64,000 nt of DNA. Origin: Macrostomum lignano. Taxonomy: Eukaryota. Made by a program: the position numbers and the translations under genes. Of the stretch, positions 57,445-64,000 are shown in pieces; position 1 is the stretch's first letter; each line of letters opens with the position of its first letter. The notes under the pieces are model-generated. The model ran no database searches. It was not told where the DNA came from and worked only from the letters and a program-made list of their open reading frames with translations. The stretch covers positions 3,281 to 67,280 of the forward strand of contig NIVC01003970.1 of NCBI GenBank assembly GCA_002269645.1. The letters are read 5' to 3'.

Positions 57445-57591
57445 GATTGTATTTGTACATGTATGTACCGCATCAATTTTTTGTGTTGCTTCGTGGTTCT
57501 ATATGTGATACATCAGTCACAAAAAGAGTAATTTTACCATTCGCACTCAAGTACTGACTATTCTGTAAACAGATTTAGTATTTCAGTATAC

Positions 57592-57852
57592 TGTGGCGGC
57601 CCAATCAGCACGCAGCCAGCGATTGCGAGTACATCTGCACTGAAACCCCCTGCCCGCCAGGCTGGGGGGTGGGTGTACTCGGGCAGACAGTCAGTATGCT
57701 AAGTCGGGGGGGGGGGGGGTTGGCCTTCAATCGCGCCACCTTTTTGGCGCACCTCCCCATGTGATCGCGTGCTTATTTATACTTACCGCGTAAAGCAAAT
57801 AAACTTTCACATTTCTCGCTTGCAACTTACTTCGTTTTCGCAAGCCGCTAAA
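57592..57852. mobile_element. 261-bp solo-LTR-like insertion present only in copy B
   Basis: TGTGGCGGC...GCCGCTAAA termini, 4-bp duplication atac (57588-57591, 57853-57856), internal AATAAA; the empty site tatacaaaa is present at about 131-139. Confidence 0.75.
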
Positions 57853-58942
57853 ATACAAAAAAACTTAGGCCAGTAAGGAGATTTTTGGATACGCGGCTGT
57901 TACCTCGGGCACCGAGAAGCAATTCCTGGCTCTCGGTCTGGTGTGCCCCGGAATCGCACTCTTCCCCTCCCCACCGCGTCTGAGCCGAACCTATCTATAG
58001 TTGCACTCCACCTCCCCATTCTTTCTGCAGCGGCCTCTGCGTACCAAATTCTGTGTTTCTGCGTTTCCCGGGCAAACTTAGAGAATTGAGAATTGATATG
58101 TTTTATATTCATTGGACATCAGCACCATTGGATCTTTGTAGCCTGGGGCTTAGCTAGTGATCCCACCCATGTTTTGTGTGATCGAAAGCCGTCCGCGGTT
58201 TGTTTCAACAAATCTGAATAAAAAATCAGACGACAAAGCCAGTCAAGCGTTCAGAAGTACAGAATCTAAATAGCTGTCAGTCAAAACAGGAAACCTACAT
58301 GCTCTCTCCGACTTGTCGCGCTCTGCGCCCAGAGTGCACTGCTCTCAGCTCAAGTAAGTGCTGTATTCTAGGGACAGGCTGGCGCCAAGTCGCAAAGCGA
58401 CCTCTCGCACCTTCTCTCGAATCTAGTCTGGCCAGAGCGGCAGAAACCACTTTACTTCGTCCTGATTCGCCACCGTAGAAGTACGTTCCGATTGCGGCCA
58501 CTGATTCAACACGACGGGATAAGAAGGTATGAGGGACTCAGAGTTAAAAATGCAAAAAGCTCAACAAAAACTGAACTCCAATCTGAGAGCAGACTGGAGA
58601 GCAACTTGATGAAAGCCACTCAACCGTTCTGAAGCTTAAGTTTAATGAACCGCCTGAATAAATGATGCAATATATATGCAGAAGGGAAATTTAAACACAT
58701 GTTCGCCATTTCCCTTCGATACGGGGAGATGATCAAAGAGTGGTGAAATTTTCTCTGCTCTACAGTTTTATAGTTTCATTTTTAAGTTAAGTTTATTGTC
58801 AGAACGTAGTTTACATCAAATATCATATATACGCAATGAGATCTATTGATTATATGCATCCTACATATAAAGCCACGAATTCTGCTAAGACATGAGCAAT
58901 CACGGCTACGAGCGTAACAAACCAATCATTTTCTATTTTCAG

Positions 58943-61900
58943 TTCGCAGTACCATTGCCACGAGCAACTATTCAGTTGAGAAATTCGTGACAGAGAAAGA
59001 ACAGATTATTCGCATTGACTTCAAGGAGGTTCACTATTTAACTTCCATTCAGTTGTCTGATTTGGAGACCAAAGATGAATTCTACATAACATATCAAGTC
59101 ACTCTCAATAGTTCAGACAAGCAGTTGCGTTCACCCTGGTACGATACCGTGTTCAAGGTAGGTCTTCTGTTGATAGATTTCGTTGATCTGATTTTTAGTT
59201 TTGTTATAGCTCGTACTCGTATTTTATAATAGGCATGCAATTGTTCTTGCAGCTAGTATTTTATATTGCTTTTCTCATACTTTCTGATATCCCTGGCATT
59301 CCAGTTCTCAACCTACAACACAGTTGAAGACTTTCTAATCCCGCTGATACTCACGCCGTCAAGTGTCAAGCTGCACTTTAGCCTTAACGCCACCATTGAG
59401 ACCGCTGACATCATGAATATTTGTGGCATCGAGATTACTGGTCTGTCCTTGAACTTTGCTTATCTACTTATTGCAAAACTTCCGATGTCTTGAAATTCCG
59501 ATTCAGTTAGACAATCGGTGGTCTGTAGAACTGTAGCTATTATTAGTTCTGAATTTTTTTCTAAAATAGATCAATCAGTACATATTGAGGATTTTAACAG
59601 ACTGATAAGCTGAGAGTCCTTTGCATTTTTACCCTCTTTCAACTTGATATTTGCTAACGAATTTAAGACGAGTGCCCGCAAGGCTGGCGGCCGCTCTACA
59701 ACATCTGCCTCAGGATCGTCCCGTCAGCTCTGGACTGGAACAGTTCGCTGCAGTACTGCCAGAGCCGCTACTGGAATGGCAAGAATGGCACTCTGTTCAT
59801 GCCCAAGAGTGCCGTGCTGCGCAACTTCGGTCACATGAGGTGAACTGTGGTTGAGAAAGTTCATTGGGTATCGAGCCTGTTCAATATTCCTATCTTTACT
59901 GCTTATTTTCAATGAAAAACGAAATACTGTATACTCAAAGCTTCAATATTATTGTCAATATGCAGCGCCAGAGAGAAAAAACCTGCTTTCTTCTGTTTTA
60001 CTTAATTCAAGAAAAAAATCAAGCCAATCTTCTTAGGCCGTCAGTTAGCCTGGTACTGATGCGTTCAATGAGAAATAAAAGAAGAAATTTCACTCAAACA
60101 AATTGCCTTCCCATTAATTTAGAAACATGCAGTTCCACGTCGGTGCATACCGAAACTCTTCAACCGGCGCTGGTACTGGCTGGATGGAGAAGAAGTTGAG
60201 CAGGGAGCATTCTACATGGGCCAGACTCAGAGCAGCTCGTGTGTGTACTTGTCTACGGACTACAATGGGCTGTATAGGATCGACTGCTCTGCTAGTTTGT
60301 ACTTCTTGTGCCAAATTCCAAGAAGATTTGTGAGTAGGACTTTATGCTTTGACCCTATCAAATTGAAATTCTGCTCACGAAGCTGCAATGCAATTCTAGG
60401 GCCTGATCGACAGCAGACAGTTGTCCTCAACACATTCTATCACAACAACGTTGGGTCAGAAGATGACAACATACAGTACACACAGGGACCTTTGCACGAG
60501 TTGCTTAGCCTGTGGGCTTTGGATGAATCGCTCGCATACATACCAGCTGTTTATGACATTTGGCACTCAGCAAATCTGAACAACTTTGCCATCTCAATCG
60601 GCACTGAGAGCGTCCAAAGTGTGACCGGAAAGTACTCAGTGTACCAAAAAACCCAAATAGAAAATGGTGAGTGACTTAAGTTATGACGGCATGAACCGAA
60701 TTTATGCACAACTGTAATCCGAATTATGAGGAATAAAACATAAAAAATATTCGCCAATGCTCAATATAAACTGCTTTGCAGGCTGCCTGGGCCCCTGTTG
60801 TACCCGGAGTCCGGTATAGTTGGAGTTCGCGTTAATGCATCGACATCAAACTCGAGAAGAGGTCCCGAGAAGGCATTCCTGGGATCGGTCATGTCAAAAG
60901 AGGGTGAGATATTTATTGTTTACCTTAAGCAGGGAAAATGTTAAAAAGTGATTAGCTCTCATAAAAATGATTTGCAGAGCACGTGCAGTGCGCACTAAGC
61001 CGAGCTGACTACCAGTTCTACGACGGGCAGTGGTCGGTCACTGAGCAGGGATTCGCCTGTGCAAACTGGGACACTGTGACCAGCACCTACAAGGACTACA
61101 ACAACACGTGCTTGGAATGTGAGTTTATCGGCCGACATTTCTTTGGAAAATTGACCATTTACGGGCGTATTTACTCAGCTATATCTAAAGTTTTTGCACA
61201 AACATTGTAATTCCGCAACCCTCTTGCAGATATAACTAGTCGATACTCCAGCTGCTACGATCAGGGAGGCGTTATCAGAGACTGCTACGATCTCCAAAAA
61301 GCTTACTGCAGTAAGTTGAGATGCCTGATTTACATGTAGTTGAAACGAATCGGGCTCATAATATTATCAATGTCCATATTTTCCGTTTAACTAGCAATAC
61401 TTAACTAGCAGGCTGCTACTATGAAAACATATAGAAAAAATTTTCACACTTACTAAGAAAATGAAGTAAAGATACAAATATAGTACCGCAGATTGTGCGG
61501 AACTCGCATTTTTGCAACCTATTTTTTACGCTGGCCTGCCCTTCCTAAAATCCCTACGGATGGTAGTAGCGAATAGTTATTCAAGCGAAATAGTTTGTTA
61601 GCACCGAAGTCCTGTTTGAAACCATATGCGCCTATTCATGATGCTTGATAACAATGACAGCTCGAATTGTTTTAAAATTTCGTGACTCAGGTCAGTACTA
61701 CCATCCGCCGGCAAGCTATAATTACATCGGCAACATCCTGGTCGATAAAGTGCTGTACTTTACTGGGATCATGCAGTCTTATAGCATAAATATTAATTAT
61801 GGATTTTATGTGCACACGGTCGGCGTATCCGTGGCAACACCGCCCAATAATTGTGGCTCCTTGCTGATCTCAAGTTGCAGTACCGAATTTCAGCAATCCG

Positions 61901-64000
61901 TGTCGACCCGTGTAAGCTTATCTATTGTCACATTGAGCCATTAAAATTGTTTTTTATGTTTAAAGTGATTTCATCCTCTTAAAACGTATTGTAAGAAGCG
62001 AAAACAGTGCTTTAAAGTATTGCAAAATCATTGCAGATCGAAACCTATACAATTGAGCTTCAGGACCAGCAACTCGTGGAATCGTAGCCTCGGTGACCTG
62101 GCCTTTGAGAACTGGACACCTGCTTCAACTGGAACTTTGTGGAACCGCTGTCAATTTACGCCTCATTTATTACTTGCGGGACACGCCTCAGACTGCTCGC
62201 TATTTGTGCTGGTTAGCCCTGTCAATAACGTTGGGAGTGCTCGCATGGACATCAACTACATCAATGTAATGGGAGATGAAGGTAAGCTCACTAACCACAT
62301 AATATACGAGCTAGTTAAGAATCATTAATAGAAGAAAGCGAATTCGTGACGTCTAATACTTCTTACTCAATTCCAGTGAATGAGATGGAGCTGAGGCCGA
62401 TCTCAGAAAGCTTTACCGACTTCCGAAGTCGCTGGTTGAGAGCGCCTTGCGGACTGGCAACCTGACTTTCTACATTCGATTAAACAGTGCGGGACTTCAG
62501 CTTCTGTTCTCTGCTTATTATGCCGAGTCTGACATCATGAGACAGGTATGTTTTTCCGTCTTTTGTTCTATTAAAATAAATCTTTAAGCTCCCAAAACCT
62601 ACCAAAAAGCATCACCAACCTTGCATGTAGTACATTTTTCTACTCAAATGCATTCGTTCACATACGATAATATATTCATTGCATCAATAAAGCGAAAGTG
62701 ATTTGCTGTTTCTCGTTACGATACCTCGTAAAAGTTCATCGGGTTGTGCTGTGACCCGCAGAAACGCTACGAGTTCGACCTCAATGCCAATGGAACCGCT
62801 CTGTGGCTGGCGGCGGCTGCCATTCGCCAGGGTGATTTTTACGGATCCAACCGCCAAACAGTTGGATATCAGTCTTAGGCAGCTGGCACCTGTGGCTGCT
62901 GACACAGAGGAATACCTGCCTCTCACCATCACCTGGACTGACTGCAATACCTTCAACTGCTCATCTACTTCACTTGCAACGGACAGGACATTGGCTTTGG
63001 CGTGGTCTTGGCCAGTGACTCAATCAACTTCACCTCAGTTTCATATCTTGCTCTGGTTTCTGAAAGTGTGTACACTGGACCTCGAGTTATGTACGACATG
63101 CCAAAGTGAGCCAGAGAAATCCATTCAAAGTCTCTTTGCTAGTAACTCAAACTGCAGTACTTAATACAGAAATTTATCACAAAAATCCACTGTATTTAGG
63201 TTCGCGATACCTCGGATTTTGAGCCCGCCTACAGTATATGGGATAGCGCGGGAACTGGTTACCGAGATTATATTCAGGTGAAACACAAGCTTTCACACTT
63301 GTTCACAGTTTTGTGGCACAATATGAACACATCAAGTACGTACAATCGTAATCATACTTCTGTGCTTTAGGCGTGGTTTGACGACTTCGTGACTCTGTAC
63401 GTACTCAGCATTCAAGCCGGCAGTAGCCGTTTTGATACCTGCTCCGCCTGCATAGCTTACATGCATCATGTGCAGCTGACCTATAGCTCTGATAACTTGG
63501 CCTACTCAGCTTATCCTCACGTAAGTTGTTTTAGCTTGCGCTGATTCTGCCGCAGAAACTTCACTTCGATCAGTGTAAGAGTGCGTCAGTTACCGTTACC
63601 ACACTGTCTTTCAGTACATTTCCGGCTCGTACAACAAGGGAGATATGGTGTCCAGCTACCGACTGGTTCAGAGATTCACGCGCTTACATTCCGAGTCTAC
63701 GCATACGATTACAACAGCCGTGCGAGATTCGCTGGATGCTTTACGGCTGCAAGAGATGTGAGACTGTGCATTGTTTTAATTATAAAACTTGGTGTTGCTT
63801 CTGCTATCTTTGTGATCGAGTGATATATTGGTGGAGTGCTTTCTGTGAAGCTTCAGTACGGCTGCCTGGTTTTAATGCAGCTCGTAGTTGTACTCGTAGC
63901 TATTTTCAGCTGTCAAATCAATACGAAAAACTGACCTAAAATATGAAAACAATTTTCCACTTCAGCCAAGTACAACGTGCAGTTCCAGCAGCCAGTCATC
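58943..64000 (+). pseudogene. Copy B exons equivalent to 1192-6270, frameshifted as assembled (probably consensus errors rather than true decay)
   Basis: 1-nt indels at about 60168, 60318, 60790, 61853, 62115, 62387 and more toward the end, with almost no substitutions. Confidence 0.4.

Larger units (their letters stand above)
57457..64000 (+). repeat. Segmental duplicate of window 1-6270
   Basis: Near-identical exons and introns; offset about 57.5-57.7 kb. Confidence 0.98.

Overview
Eukaryotic (invertebrate-type) genomic DNA; no prokaryotic genes, CRISPR or rRNA were found. Almost all coding sequence belongs to one giant, intron-rich polycystin-1 (PKD1/REJ-like) gene on the + strand, present as two head-to-tail copies about 57.5 kb apart. 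Copy A runs from before the window start to a stop at 44726. Copy B starts at an ATG with a signal peptide at 49224 and runs off the window end; 57457-64000 repeats 1-6270. Joining the 5' part of copy B to copy A by hand (GT-AG sites plus reading frame) gives about 90-95 exons and about 8,800-8,900 aa, roughly twice human PKD1. The reconstructed order is: signal peptide; three copies of a supermodule (C-type lectin, PAN-like, discoidin N-half, kringle, fucolectin, Methyltransf_FA-like, discoidin C-half, fucolectin, two discoidins); further CTL, fucolectin, PAN-like, LamG, kringle and discoidin domains; fibrinogen-C; EGF/EB-like; three unnamed Cys repeats; PKD repeats; REJ; GAIN with a degenerate GPS and an RRRR furin site; TM1; PLAT; TM2-5; and a 6-TM polycystin channel. 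The main novelty is nested architecture. Four discoidin domains appear split at the same loop by three-domain inserts, and one fucolectin domain is split by a kringle exon. Other features are a 43-copy 145-bp array made from a splice acceptor plus exon start, two single-base frameshifts in copy A, an RFX X-box upstream of the ATG, and several mobile-element remnants. Many 1-nt indels in copy B suggest long-read assembly errors. Exon boundaries and counts are manual and domain names come from motif recognition, not database searches. The genome style suggests a lophotrochozoan such as the flatworm Macrostomum, but this is unverified.
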